DNA of 64,000 nucleotides from Eledone cirrhosa (Eukaryota): assembly GCA_964016885.1 (NCBI GenBank), contig OZ024741.1, positions 382,230,001 through 382,294,000 of the forward strand. Reading direction: 5' to 3'. The notes below the pieces were generated by a model. The model worked only from the letters and a program-made list of their open reading frames with translations. It had not been told where the DNA came from and did no database searches. Below are positions 50,410 through 63,988 of this stretch, piece after piece (position 1 is the stretch's first letter; each line of letters begins with the position of its first letter). The translations under genes and the position numbers were made by a program.

Positions 50410-52511
50410 ACCGTTTTGTGATAACTCTGACGTTAATTACGTTCTGGGTGAGCTTGCTAGTTGAAATGTTAGAGATTGTGTTAATATCTGATATACCTTG
50501 TCTTAGACTTGTTGGGTTATTATGAAAAGTTCTAGCTAAATCGTCTTTGCCTTCTGTATATATAGATGGATCAGTTACATGTACATAGACATCCAACTGT
50601 GCAGTGTGATATAGAGGTGGAGCAGCCATGTGGGGGGCTTTAATGGAGACGGACATAGTTTGTTTCTTCCATTGTGTACACTCTTTGGTGTCTCAGGATA
50701 GGCATTACTGGTGTGTCCATCCCACACCTCCCAGGACAAAGGGAAAGCTCTTCGCCAGGTTTTACAGCATTAAATGGAGTCTGCAATATAGTTTTGAGCC
50801 ATGTCCCACTACCAAAGGACTGAACACGTCCCTTATTAACCTGCGCGAAGGACGATGCAGCCTGGTTCATTTGTGTTCCTCTCACAATATTGCATTTGAA
50901 TTCCGGTGGTAGTCTTATTCGCGACGGTTACCAATCTGGTATCTTTTCAAACCAGCGAAGATTAGGCATTTTTAGACGCGACATTTACCCGCCGCGTCAT
51001 AGCTACGTCACTGGTTTGTTAGTATTTTCTTGAAAGCTACAGGTTTCATCCATTGTTCCATCTCCACTACTAGTTTACCATTTTAAATCATTCCCGGTTA
51101 AGTCTATGCTTAGTGTCTGGAAAATAGCAAAGCGATGTGGAAGACAGTTGAGTCTCATTTAGCTGATGAACGGAGCAGCTTTTACTCCGGAGGCAGCACA
51201 GCAGACCAAATATACACTGAGCGACAGATTTCGGCAAAATTGTGGGAGTATTGCCAAGAGGTATATTCTTGTTTTGTAGACCACGTGAAGGCACATGACC
51301 GCTTTCCTCGGGACCTGCTTGGGGGGTTGCGCAGGCGTATGGGATCGATGGTCATCTTCTGGATGCTCTGATGTCTCTAGACGAATGTGCGAGTATTTGT
51401 GTTCGGATAAATTGTGCTAGACCATTCAATACACGGGTCTGCCTATGGGAAGGGTGTGATGTACCATATCTCCTGGTTATTATTTTTATGAACAGGGTTG
51501 ACATGGGCAATTGCGTTGGTAGTATCATGACTGGCAGGTGTATTTCAGTCGGCTGGAATTTTCACACATCATGGTGATAGGTAGCACGGCAGAAAATGAT
51601 CTCCGATTTGGACTTGATAGGTTTGATGCCGAGTTCTGCATGGCTTGAATAAACATCCATGCTGCGAAAACGGAGACAATCGTCAATCTCAAGGAAGCCA
51701 GCATGATGCATTCACATGTGAAAGGATTTCTACTGAAGCAGGAGAAGGAGGTGGAAGAGGAGGAGGAGAGGAGGAGGTGGAGGAGGAGGTGGTGGAGGTG
51801 AGGAGAAGAAGAAGAAGAAGAAGAAGAAGAAGAAGAAGAAGAAGAAGAAGAAGAAGAAGAAAGACGAGGAGGATGATGAATTGTTTGGAATTCCCTCCGA
51901 ATCACAGTGCCTATAAACAAATGTGCACCTTTGTCGCCAGTCCATTTCATTGATACTACGCAAATTTGTTGAACATTCAACAACTTAAATATTAATTCTG
52001 AAGTCATATATTCAGTTGATCGATATATTGAATGCTCATTGTTAAACATATCAAACGTTGCATCTTCATCGGCATCAGGGGAGAACAAACAATTCATTAA
52101 CGACGTTGAACATATTGTGCAGGTCTACATACAGTGGCGTCGGCAACAGCATAATTGTTATAATAATATATATGTTGGATGTTTATGAACAGATTTAATT
52201 TACACTTACCGTTATTGGATATGATATAAGGTATGATATTGAATATGATATATTTGATTAATTTTAGAAGGTTTTTTGGAAAATTCAAAATTAGGAAACA
52301 TTTGCCACACTTGAGATTATTCTGAATAATAGTTGAATATGATGGGTGAATGTCCCTTATGGTAAGGAAAAGTGGATAGATGTATGTCCAAAGTGAATAG
52401 AACCATACACCTCATGTATACATACACACACACACACAAATACATGCGCGCGCGCGCGGGCGCGTGCGTGTGTATATGAGCGTGTGTTATACCCACACAC
52501 TTACAACCCCC

Positions 52512-52579
<68 letters not shown>

Positions 52580-52897
52580 TTACGTATAGAGAGAGTAGAT
52601 AATAGAGTGGTTAGAGAGAGAGAGAACAAAGATCGGGAGAGAAATATGTACCCTAGAATTGACAGCGCTGAAGGTTGGCGACAACACGCAATGTAATTGC
52701 ACTGCTGTAGAGACGGGCGAGAGGAGATGGAATTGATATTATATAACGATTATTATAGTTGGTAGAATATCTCAAACAATAATTAATATTATCCGTTTAA
52801 TATATAATTACGTTAATCAGACTATCACATTATATATTTTATGGCACTTATCCTTACATATGTACGTGTGTATGTATGTGTTTTCGTGACTATATAC

Positions 52898-52939
<42 letters not shown>

Positions 52940-54450
52940 ATGTGTGTGTGTGTGTATGTCTGTGTGTGTATGTGTGCGTGTATGTGTGTGTGCGTGTGTG
53001 TGTGCGTATGTGTGTCTGTGTGCCTTAATTGAATACACATATATAGATAATGTTCCGGCTGCTTCTTCATCAGTAGAAGGGTAAACATTTATTAATTCAT
53101 TTACAACTATTTCTACGGCTAATTATATTTATAATAATGTTGATATACATTTTATCAAAAGTTACATATCAGAAAATCATTTGTAATGCATCCCATGTAG
53201 AGAAGTGTGAATATCTAAATATATTCGATTATGCTTCCACGTAGATTCATATCTAATTATTAGGAATATAATTTTTGTTAGCTCATTATCGTGGAATTTT
53301 CGACTAAATTATTGTTCAATAGACTTCGAAAAAATACAACCTATATCTTCAAAATATATCACCTATATTAAGCTTCCTATCAATTATATATCAACAACAC
53401 CTGGTTGACATTTCTGGTCTGACCTAATCTTATTGTACGACATGTATATTCTTAAACTGCATTTCGCACACTTGATCTTCAATGAGGTGTTCCTAAACTT
53501 ATTTTTCAACAATTCATGGCAATAATATAAGAATACGCTGACGTTACTTTCTAGTAAATTAGAATTATCTCAATAAGTTATACACTTAACACAGTTTATA
53601 TACATTACAAAATCATTTATATCTTTACATAAAAATTATAAATTGTATACTTTGTAATGGTATCGAGGAAAATAATCATTATTGAACCTAGGCAAAGTTA
53701 ATCCCTCCGAGGTTAACTTTGCCTTTCATCCTTACAAAGTTGATAAAATAAAGTACCAGTAACGCACTGGGTTATTTCCTAGCATTATACCAAATGTAGA
53801 AACGATTATTATAAATAGTTGAGCAACCTTAATTTCATTATATGCTTTCAATGCGCCGCCTAACGAAAGTTTTTTTTTTACGTTTTACTACGTACATTTT
53901 TGGTTTTTGTAGTTCTCTACATCCTGGTCTAATAAATGCAAATGGTTATATTATCATACATGGTTTTGTTTTCAATTACTGGTTTTCCTTTTTCTTCATT
54001 GCTGATCTTTATATTTAGATACATCCACCATATATTTAGAGATAAATTATCTTTCAAACGTATAACTTGTATTGGAGGATCTTTTCTAATTAGAATACCC
54101 TAATCGATTTACCGTGAGGTTGTTTTCTCTGTGGAAAGGAAATCAAGTTTAATCGTTTTTTTTTCATTATTTGAGATAATGCCAGTTGTCCTATATTATA
54201 ATCCCCCAATTTCTTTTACATTTTATAATCCTTGCACAGTTTCCTATGTATACGAACTACATATATGAGATGCCGCTTTATAACTTGTACAACTGGGCAG
54301 CTAAAACCATTATCATTCTTTACCAGCAACATATTTGTATACAGTTACTCTAGAGTAATTAATTACACGATCCTCGGATTTTGTAGTGCGACCAATTGTG
54401 TCGCAATGTGGTATACCCCATGGCGTTTATAAGCATTCGAATGCTTATAA
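50410..54450 (-). pseudogene. Possible decayed exons of a Tie-like (EGF + FN3) receptor gene
   Basis: Unique segments translating to PWGIPHCD...GFSCPV (54.2-54.45 kb), PYHKGHSPI...QVWQ (52.2-52.37 kb, ends at GTAAG) and APHMAAPP...VYVHVTDPSIYTEG...VRVITK (50.4-50.66 kb); disrupted; recognised by eye only. Confidence 0.35.
50660..51720 (+). mobile_element. Degraded RTE-clade LINE fragment
   Basis: VESHLADERSSFYSGGSTADQIY...LWEYCQEVYSCFVDHVKAHDRFPR resembles RT domains 2-3 of RTE elements. Confidence 0.65.
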
Positions 54451-54519
54451 AATTTTGCAAATATGTTTATTTTCTTTATCCACTTCTCCTTTATTAGGGA
54501 TCAAAATAACTACAAAGAT

Positions 54520-54698
54520 GATAATTGTTTCTACATTTGGCACAAGGCCAGCAATTACACAGTGCATTACTGGTACTTTATTTTATCAACCCCGTAAGGA
54601 TGAAAGGCAAAGTTAACCTCGATGGGATTTGAACTCAGACCGTAAAGGGACATAACTATGCTGGAAAGCATGGCGTCCGACCCTCTACCGATACTGCA
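54520..54698 (-). mobile_element. SINE family A
   Basis: Near-identical to 26680-26866. Confidence 0.85.
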
Positions 54699-55716
54699 AA
54701 GGTGATAATGATGATGCTGACTATTATGACAATAAATAATTAGTAATAATATGACTTATAGAATTAAAATAAGTAATCCATTTGACATGCATTCTACTTT
54801 AACATAAAAATAAAACATTTTCTGTGAGAGTTATTTGTGTTAGACACTGCGGAGAAACAATGTTAGTCATGACCAGTACCAATGTAATGTCCGCCAATTG
54901 TTATAAAAATAATAAATATGTATAATTCACATGCATATGCATTTAGACTATAGGAAAATGTTAATAACATATTTATTAGTTGTAATTGAGGTACAATAGC
55001 AGCAAATTTCGAGGAAGGCTAAATCAATGTAAGCAACCCTATTACCTGACTTCACGGCCACACACTGATGAAATACCAAGTTAGCCACGGCGCGATTTAA
55101 GCGTAAATACAAAAAAAATTACCGCAATGCATCTTATACGACAATAATGATTCCGCTGATGCAAAGCCTGAAATATATAAATAAACATAAAATAACATAT
55201 ATGTATAAATAAGTATTTCTACTTTTGGCACAAGGCCCGCAATTATACCAGTGTATTACTGGTACTTTATTTTATCGACCGCGTAAGGATGAAAGGCAAA
55301 GTTAATCTCGGCGAGAATGACAGCTGGATCATCAAAATCAAGAAGAACAACAAGAACACCAACAACAATAACAACAACAACAACTAAAACAACAAAAATA
55401 AGAAGAACAACAACAACTAAATGAAAGAATAACAGCTAAAAGCAAGAACAACAACAAAAACAACATAAACAGCAGCAGAAACACAGGAAAAGCAATAATA
55501 GCCACAACAGCAGGGTAATCAGCTACACAAAGACCAGTTAGCAGGAGGGGGAGAGTTCAACAGGAAAGGTAAAAAGCCCTTTACACTCACTGAGTGTGAT
55601 AATAGCACCAAATAGCTTTTAAGATATCATGACTCTTTTTTAATAAATTTAAAGTAAACTGAGCATAATCAGTGTTGAATACTGTGTCTCATTCAAAAAT
55701 ATTCTAAAGTATACAA

Positions 55717-55909
55717 GGGGCGGTGGATTGGCAGTATCGGTAGAGGGTCGGACGCCATGCTTTGACGCATAGAGTTACGGCCCTTGCCATTCTGAGTTGA
55801 AATCCCGCCAAGGTTTGCTTTGCCTTTCATCATTATGGGGTCGATAAAATAAAGTACCAGTAATACACTGGCTAATTGCTGGCTTGTGCCAAAAATAGAA
55901 ACAATTATA
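55717..55909 (+). mobile_element. SINE family A
   Basis: Full head, core and AGAAACAATTAT tail. Confidence 0.85.
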
Positions 55910-55960
55910 AAGTATTCAATGCTGAGAGAGAAGAAAGAGAAGAGATAGAGGAAGATGGAG

Positions 55961-56022
<62 letters not shown>

Positions 56023-56705
56023 TATTTTATTGTAGCAGGAGTGGTATTCATATACCCATATCTTTATTGTTACAACGTGAAGAGAGAAATATGGAAAATA
56101 AATAATTTTCTATATAGATAATGAAGACAACTGGAATGATATGGTCCGAACGTGGAAGGGCCGAACTGGCGCTGTCATCGACGCCAACACTCTGTATGGT
56201 GAGCTAATCGCATCCCATCTGCTGGGCTCCCCACAGCCCCGGTGGAGACAATAGAGAAGACGGTTCCAAGGGAGGAGGGGAAGGGAGTGGGTGTGATAAT
56301 TAGGATTTGTTTTTAAAGAACATCTGTTAATATCAGTGTATTTCTATTGCTTAAATGAACATGACAATTTTATATAGCTGCAAACGGAAGACACCTTTAT
56401 TTAGAACCCTGCGGATTTTTGTAATTAATATTCTGCTACAGACATATTCAATTTATTTACTTTCAGACAGGTTATCCTAGTAGTTATAAGCCATCACATA
56501 ATTTACACATATCCTCAAGGAAAACCATTCAAATACATCATAAAACCTGAAGAGGAATATGTATCGTTTATATAACTACACACACACACGCACACAAACG
56601 CACACACACATACACACACGTCCCCACACCGCACACACATATATATATATATATTTTTTTTATGAATATATATATATATATATGTGTGTGTGTGTATGTA
56701 TATGT

Positions 56706-56982
56706 GGAGGTCAGTGGCCTTGTGGTATAGGTGTTAGACATGAACATAAGGTCGTGGGTTCGATTCCTAGGTAGCGTGTTGTGTTCTTGAGCAAAACAAT
56801 TCATGTTACGTTAAAACACTATACTCAGCTAAAAATGGGTACCAGCATTAACTGAGGGCTTAACTCTTCCATGGATTGGAGTCCTGTCCAGAGGGGGGGG
56901 GGTCTTGTACACTCAGTCGCATCATACCATGGCACCGGGATAAGCACCGGCCAAATGAGACTTCCGGCTTAAGACAGGCTTT

Positions 56983-56985
<3 letters not shown>
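56706..56985 (+). mobile_element. tRNA-derived SINE, family B-like
   Basis: TGGCCTTGTGG A-box, GGTTCGATTCC B-box, GTTCTTGAGCAAAAC. Confidence 0.7.
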
Positions 56986-57017
<32 letters not shown>

Positions 57018-57019
<2 letters not shown>

Positions 57020-57160
57020 CTAAGGAGTTGTGGTAAGGAACCAGATGGACCATACCGTACCAGATAACTCAATACTTAGGGTAGTAGACTGGGTAATAGG
57101 AGAAAGTATGACCCCGACCGCAGAGCTCAAGTCGTTTCTACGGCTATTTCTGGAATGAAG
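57018..57160 (-). mobile_element. Fragment of the 29.7-kb hammerhead family (3' half of the ribozyme only) between (TA)n tracts
   Basis: ATGACCCCGACCGCAGAGCTCAAGTCGTTTC matches 29790-29820. Confidence 0.75.
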
Positions 57161-57441
57161 TGTTTATATATATATATATATATAATATATTTAGAAACAC
57201 ACAGATACATGCGGACACACACATATACATGAATGCATGCACATCTAACCGTGAGTCAATGGTGCCAACCCTACCAATGTTGCTCAATGAATGACCGGGA
57301 TTTGACTTTGCCTTTCAACATTACGGGGTCGATAAAATAAAGCACCAGTAATACACTGGGTCAATGTATGGCCTTCTGCAAAAAGTAGAAACAATTATTA
57401 TTATTATTATTATTATTATCATTATTAATAATAATAATAAT

Positions 57442-57750
57442 GCTTTCTTTATTAACCACAAGGGTTTACATAAAGAATACATTAAGGACAGTACAGGACA
57501 ATACAGGACGGTACAAATGGGCATTTCTGCGTGTAAAAAAACAAAAACAGAGGATGAAACAAAAAGTAACAATGAAAAATTCCCCAATAGGGGGGAGAGT
57601 TCCGAGGGACATTTGTGGAGAAAGCCCATTAAAAGGCCACAGTGACACTGACCACCAGGGCAAGTGCCCTCTCCCAGTTTTCCATCTTTAATTTACAGAC
57701 ACATTCTCACTCGGACCATTCTTGCTTCTCTCACCCATCTTTCAACAAAT
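57442..57750 (-). mobile_element. Severely 5'-truncated Tx1 copy (3'UTR + ORF2 tail)
   Basis: Reverse complement of ~6457-6790; ends in (ATT)n in element sense. Confidence 0.92.
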
Positions 57751-57889
57751 CCCTCCGAGATTGACTTTGCCTTTCATCCTTACGGGGTCGATAAAATATA
57801 GTTCCTGTAATGCACTGGGTAATTGCTGGCTTTGTGCCTAAAGTAAAAACAATTATTACTGTATTCATGAGAGAATCTTATCATTATTA

Positions 57890-58611
57890 TTCAGAAATAC
57901 CTGGCCTGGCAGTGCTACCGAGGAGCTTTGCCAGTTCGGGATAAACTCTACAGGCATGGAAGTGCCGTCAGCTGGGCTTGTCCGAGATGCGCGCAGGGCA
58001 ACGAAACCGTCCTGCACGCACACGTCCAGTGTCCGAGAATTGCTGACTTGTGGGTTTATGTCGAACACCTGCTGTCGCGTGTAGGACGGATCCAGCTATC
58101 AGCTATACTTTAGCCGGGAAGGGCAGGCAGTTTTTATCTGTCTGGTGGCCATGGCGAAAGAGATAGTATGGTGGACACGTTTGAAAGGGCTGAAGACGAG
58201 CATTACCTCGTCGGTGATTCCCTGATTAACTTTTTCAAATTTCATTTGAAAAGGAAAATCAGGGTAGAGAAGGAAGTGCTCTCTTCCCAGCATTTTGTTG
58301 AAAGATGGGTGAGAGAGGCAAGAATGGCCCGAGTGAATGGGCCTACTCTGAGTATGTGTCTGTAAGTTAAAGGTGGAAAACTGGGAGAGGGCACTTGCCC
58401 TGGTGGTCAGGGTCACTGTGGCCTTTTAATGGGCTTTCGGAATGTCCCTCGGAAGTCTCCCCTCTATTGGGGAATTTTTTCATTGTTCTATTATTACATC
58501 CACTGTTTGGGGTTTTGTTTACACGCATAAATGCCCTTTTGTACCGTCCTCTATTATCCTGTACTGTCCTTAATGTATACTTTGTGTAAATCCTTGTGGT
58601 CAATAAGAAAG

Positions 58612-58612
<1 letters not shown>
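57890..58612 (+). mobile_element. 5'-truncated Tx1 copy
   Basis: Matches ~6022-6790 with a small deletion near 58105; followed by (ATT)n 58613-58654. Confidence 0.92.
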
Positions 58613-58654
<42 letters not shown>

Positions 58655-58871
58655 GGGGACCTACGTAGTAAATCGTATCATCGTGAGCTCCGCAGAGGTT
58701 TGTTATTTTCAGTTATTTAAAATTGCCATTTATGGAAATTTTTTATTGGTTACTGTATATAAGTGCACATACATTGATTTCTGAAAAGGACACTCAAAAA
58801 TATTGAGGCTTTCAGCCCAAAATTTAAATTTTTTATAATTATCAAAAAAAAAAATTTCTTTGAAAAATCAA

Positions 58872-60806
58872 TGCTGACTCAGAGTCACACCTTCCTCACA
58901 AACTAACACCTCACAGCGACACCACCATTGTAAATATTACTACGTTTGCCAACACTAAAAATATAAGCAGTAGAAATATTTTTAATTTGTCTCAGCCAGA
59001 CATTCATTTCCTGCCATTACCAATGACTGCAGGCGTTAAAGCCGCCACCCCCACCACTACCAACGCAACAACAGAAACAAAAGAAATGAATAAATTAACT
59101 CGTGATATCGAAATGAATTCAACCAAAATGAACTCTTCTACACCGAACACCACTGACGCCACCACCACCACAACTGAAACTAAAATTAAGAATAACAAAA
59201 ATAACGATAACAACAGCAACAATGAAATTAAGAAAACTACACTGAGTTTTGCCAGAGTAGCAAAAACGTGCGAAGCGATCCAGGTAACTCAGGATGAATT
59301 AGAAGAAGCCAACAGAATGGTACAGAAAGATGGGTACAGGGTCACCCCCCCCACACCCCACACCTAATTAAATGGAGCATCGTCGCCTATGCACCGTATC
59401 TTATCGTCTTATCGGACAATTAACATAAAATCGCGCCGAGTGCAACGGGCATCCGAGTCCCAAATCCAAAAAGCTGTGGGACATGTGTGGGCAAAAAAAA
59501 CACACATCAGACGTGGGCTGACATATGGAATCGTGGACGTGTTCTTTGAGACACCACGGGAGGTCAGAGAACACTCCATGGCCCCATTAAGAAGTGACGA
59601 CTTCACACTCGTCCCAAGCTATTGTGGCCAGAGACTCGTAAAGATCAGGGTCATCCGCAGTCCACCGGCCATCCAAATTCCCTGGCTAATAGCTGCCGTC
59701 CTCGCCGGCATCGAAGCCAACACCAATATAATCGAAATAGCGAAAGAAAAGCAGGAAAACTGGTCCGGATCTGGGATGGAGCTCCCGATCCAAGCGGACC
59801 AAAAAAGCATCGAGGAGATCCCAGAGGTAATAGACCTCACTGACGGCAGCCACCTCACCGTAATTGTGGAGGGGAGAAGGCCTAGTTGTGTCGATTGTGG
59901 TGAAGGAACCCACCTAAGGTCTTTCTTCCCTCAGGCTAAAAGGTTGAGGCCACCTCTCCTACCCACCCCAGTGACTCAACCATCAACACCACCAGCAGCA
60001 GAGATGGCAGCAACAACTGTAGCAGCAACAACAGAAGCAACTGTAACAGCAGCAACCCCAGCAACAGTAGCAAAACAAACACCACCACCACCCAACGTGC
60101 CAGAACTAGCACCAGCGCCTACACCATCCACCACGACACAACCAAAGCTAACGCCTGTGGGGGATGTTCCACTCCCCGGCCTATCACAACTGGAGACAGA
60201 TTGTGACGACGAGGAGTGGGAAACGGTATCAGGAAAAAAGAAAAAAAGAAACCAAAAAAGAAAAACAATTCTCTTTCTTCCCCCTCCAAAAACAAAATAC
60301 AGAGGGAAACCAATAAACTATCAAACAAAAAAGTAGGGGCAGATATGCCACCATCCACACCAGCATCACCAACCCCATCACCCCAAACACCAACATCATC
60401 ACCATCATTAACTCCAACACCACCATCACCTACACCACAAAAGTCACCAAAAAGCGAAACAGAAACAAACCCACAACAAACACAAACAAAACAAAACAAC
60501 CAAAACGATATACACTACACAGCATTAAATTTGAACACCAACCAATTATTACACTACATCCAACACAACACCAGCATCACTGAAAAAAACTACACAACAA
60601 CCCAAAAGTTCACACCACCTCCACATATACAGATCACTCGCATCACACAGAAAACGTACATGACACTAAATCAAAAATTCCGCAAAGACATCGGAGACAT
60701 CCGACAAACACTCTCCAGGAGGATTTATAATGACATCCTTCCTGAGGAGGCCACAAGCAGTGAAAAGGATGGAGAAACCGTCCTTCCTCTACGAGAAGTA
60801 AGGTAA
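58872..60806 (+). pseudogene. Tx1 copy 2 ORF1, frameshifted, divergent from copy 1 ORF1 (start position tentative)
   Basis: LSFARVAKTCEAIQVTQDELEEANRMV; KSRRVQRASESQIQKA; LVPSYCGQ; knuckle CVDCGEGTHLRSFF; split over ORFs 58987, 59389 and 60216. Confidence 0.85.
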
Positions 60807-60840
60807 ATGGTCTTTCCCATCTTTTCCACTCCATTTCAAC

Positions 60841-63800
60841 ATGACCTCACTCAGAATAGGCAGCATAAATGCGCGTGGCTTGGGGTCGTCATGGAAGCAG
60901 GGCCACCTGCTCAACAACCTCAGGTCACTAAACATAAATGTAGTGGCCATCAGCAAGACCAGAATCTCCAAAGCACGGGCCTTCGCGCCGATCTCCGGCG
61001 GCTACGATGTGTACGCATCTCTCAGCCGTCCGGGATTGTGGGGAGGAGTTGCTGTGCTTTTTCGGAGAGATTTGGATCTCGCCATACGGGCCATCTTCTT
61101 GGACCCAGAAGGTAAGTTGGTGGTGCTGGACGTGACCAACGGAGACGGGCAAGCTTTCAGGCAAGTGGCTGTCCATGCCCCGACAGGAGCAGGGCGACCT
61201 GATTTCTTCCGGGCTCTGGAGACGTTTCTTGGAACGTCCCGCTCTTTAGTGTTAGTGGGCGACTGGAATGGGATCTTAGATGCACGCTGGGACTGTGTGG
61301 GATTAGCGGATAGGGGAGGAGGGTGCAAGAGTCTCACCAACCTGCTCAGGCGTTTTGAACTGTCTGACAGGTACCGATTGCATTTCCCGAATATGCAAAT
61401 GTGGACTCGGACAAATCGCATAGGGTCATCCAGATCATATCTAGATAGAGCATTTTGTAGAGAAATAGATAGGTCTAGCATAGGCTGTCCACATTTCAAG
61501 ATAGTCAGCTACACGGACCACAAATTCTTGATCTGGCTGCTTACCTTAGATAGGCTTCATAGACGAGGACCCGGCTATTGGAAGCTAAACGCGCCCTTAC
61601 CAGCGCGCAAGGCCTACAGAGACCGGATTAGCGAACTAGTTAAGCGGGCGTTGACGGGGGCTATCATCAACAATAAGTGGTGGTTTGCTCTGAAAAGAGC
61701 AATTAGAATAGAGTCCATTAGGTTTAGTAAGGCTTTAGCAATAGAGAAAAATAGTACAGAGGGAGAATTAGGTAGAAAATAAGACGAGGCGCTTAGCAAA
61801 GGCATCGCAACCGTCGTACTTGCGGCGAAATTGGCCATTGACCAATTCTTCAATGCAAAGCACGAAGGCTGCGTTGTCAGAGCTAGTGTGCGTGCTCTCA
61901 GACACGAGGGGACGAAAGCCGTTCAATGGGCCCGAGTGGCGGAGGCGCGTCGTGGCAACAAAGCCACGATCCTGTCTTTGGTGGACCACGACGGGCGCAT
62001 GCTATTCAATCCCGGGCAAATGTGTGAAGCTTTTCAGCGACACTTCGCACAGCTGTTCGGGGGCAGCGGCGGGCCGGATCGACGGATGGACTTTAATGTC
62101 TACCTCAACGGACTGCCGCGGATCTCGGCCACTGAGGCGGAGTGTTGCGAAAAGCCGATAACAGCCGATGAAGTACGGGAGGCAATGACTGGCTGCACAA
62201 GGGGTAAATCGCCTGGTTTGGATGGTCTGCCCTATGAACTTTACATACAGATGCCAGACTTGTTCGGAGGCCTCTTGGCGGACGTCTAGTGCATCTGGCA
62301 ACAGAACGGGAAAATTCCCAGCTCTGTGAGCCGAGGAGCTGTGGCGCTGCTGAGAAAGGATCCGTACAAAGGGGATAACATAGATAATTTCGGGCCCATA
62401 AACGCTAAACATAGGGTTCAAGATTTTGGCCAATGTGCTAGCAAAGAGGTTGGCGCTTATCGTTGGTGGTCTGGTGGGACAGGCGCAGACGTGCGCCTTA
62501 CCCGACAGATGCATCCCCGACAACCTCCACCTCATGCGATACATCGTAGAGAGGGTAGCTAGGGAACCTGGCATGGGTGGGTCCTTGATCAATTTAGATC
62601 AGTCGAAAGCTTTCGATAGGGTCAACCATCGTTACCTAGCGTCAGTCCTCAGGGTCACTGGCTTTGGACCCGTCTTCAGAGGCTGGATCGCTGCCATGCA
62701 CAGCGACATCTGCTCTGTGGTGAGAGTGAACGGTCTCCTTTCGGAACCGTTCAACATCATGCGTTTATCCGCCAAGGATGTCCCTTCTCGTCCCTCTTGT
62801 ACGTATTGACTCTCGAGCCATTACTGCACAAACTGGATACGTTGAGGGGTGTCCCGCGCGAACTAGGATGCGGAAGATCCGTGTCAGGATATGCGGACGA
62901 TGTCACCGTAGTGGTGTCGAACACCAAACACATCGAGGCGATCGGCACTACACTAAGAGAATACAAAGCGGTGACAGGAGCAATGATCAACCAGGAAAAG
63001 TCAGTGGGACTGCAGCCCGGCTGCTGGAGAGGCAGGTCCAAACCGTCCAACAGCCTCGTCGGGCACTGGACGGACGGACCAGTTACATTGCTAGGGGTCT
63101 GGTTCGGTCTGGACCGCAAGACGGACAAAACCGGAACGAGGTGACGAGCAGGGTGGCTTCTCTCACCCAGAAATTGGCGGACATGAAGCTATCATTAAAA
63201 GGTCAAAGCGGAGGTGCCTAACGCGTACATCGCGTACGTCATCTACTACCGCCTGATGGTCGTACCTTGTCGTAAGAGCCGCCTGATGGACTGGAGCGTT
63301 TGTTCTTTCGCTTTTTGTGGAAGGGACGCGCTCCGATGGTGAGGCGGTTCATCTGCTTCTCAACACCCGCTACGTGGAGGGCTGGGCATGCCGTGGCTGA
63401 TGATACGCAGACACACGCTCAGGCTACGACATCACCAACTCTTCCTCGACGGTGATCAGGTGTGGTCGCCGTTTGCTAGACACGTGTTTCCCCAGCTCGT
63501 ATCCTTGACGGAGCTGCAGTCCTGGTTCAAGCGAAGACCAAGAAGGAGCGCTTGGAGACTGGAATGTGCTCAGGCGCTCACAACCCTCGACCAATCGGGC
63601 AATGTGATCGGTGGAGACTCCACCTTGGCATTCTATAGAGGATTAGTGGAGGGAAAGAGCGACGACGTACTTGGAGAAACTCTAGGCGTCGACGAAAATA
63701 AACTAGCCAATCTCTTCGGAAGGACTTTCGCGCCGGGGCCTATGGACAACTTCCAGAAATCCCTGGTCTGGCAGTGCTACCGAGGAGCTTTGCCAGTTCG

Positions 63801-63988
63801 GGATAAACTCTACAGGCATGGAGGTGCCGTCAGCCGGGCATGTCCGTCATGCGCGCAGGGCCACGAAACCGTCCTGCACGCACTCGTCCAGTGTCCGAAA
63901 ATTGCTGACTTGTGGGTTTATGTCGAACACCTGCTGTCGCGTGTAGGACGGATCCGGTTATCATCTGAGTATATCGTGAGGATTGATT
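60841..63988 (+). pseudogene. Tx1 copy 2 ORF2 with nonsense and frameshift mutations
   Basis: Nearly identical to 3109-6258, but with stops at 61780 and 62287 and frameshifts near 62400, 62765 and 63120-63360. Confidence 0.95.

Larger units (their letters stand above)
58655..63988 (+). mobile_element. Tx1-family element copy 2 (5'-complete, disabled; similarity stops at ~63988)
   Basis: Starts directly after (ATT)n; ORF1 and ORF2 homologous to copy 1. Confidence 0.92.

Noticed and set aside
55340-55510. (AAC)n-rich stretch resembling a Tx1 ORF1 N-terminus
   Set aside because: Low-complexity similarity only; no conserved ORF1 core follows.
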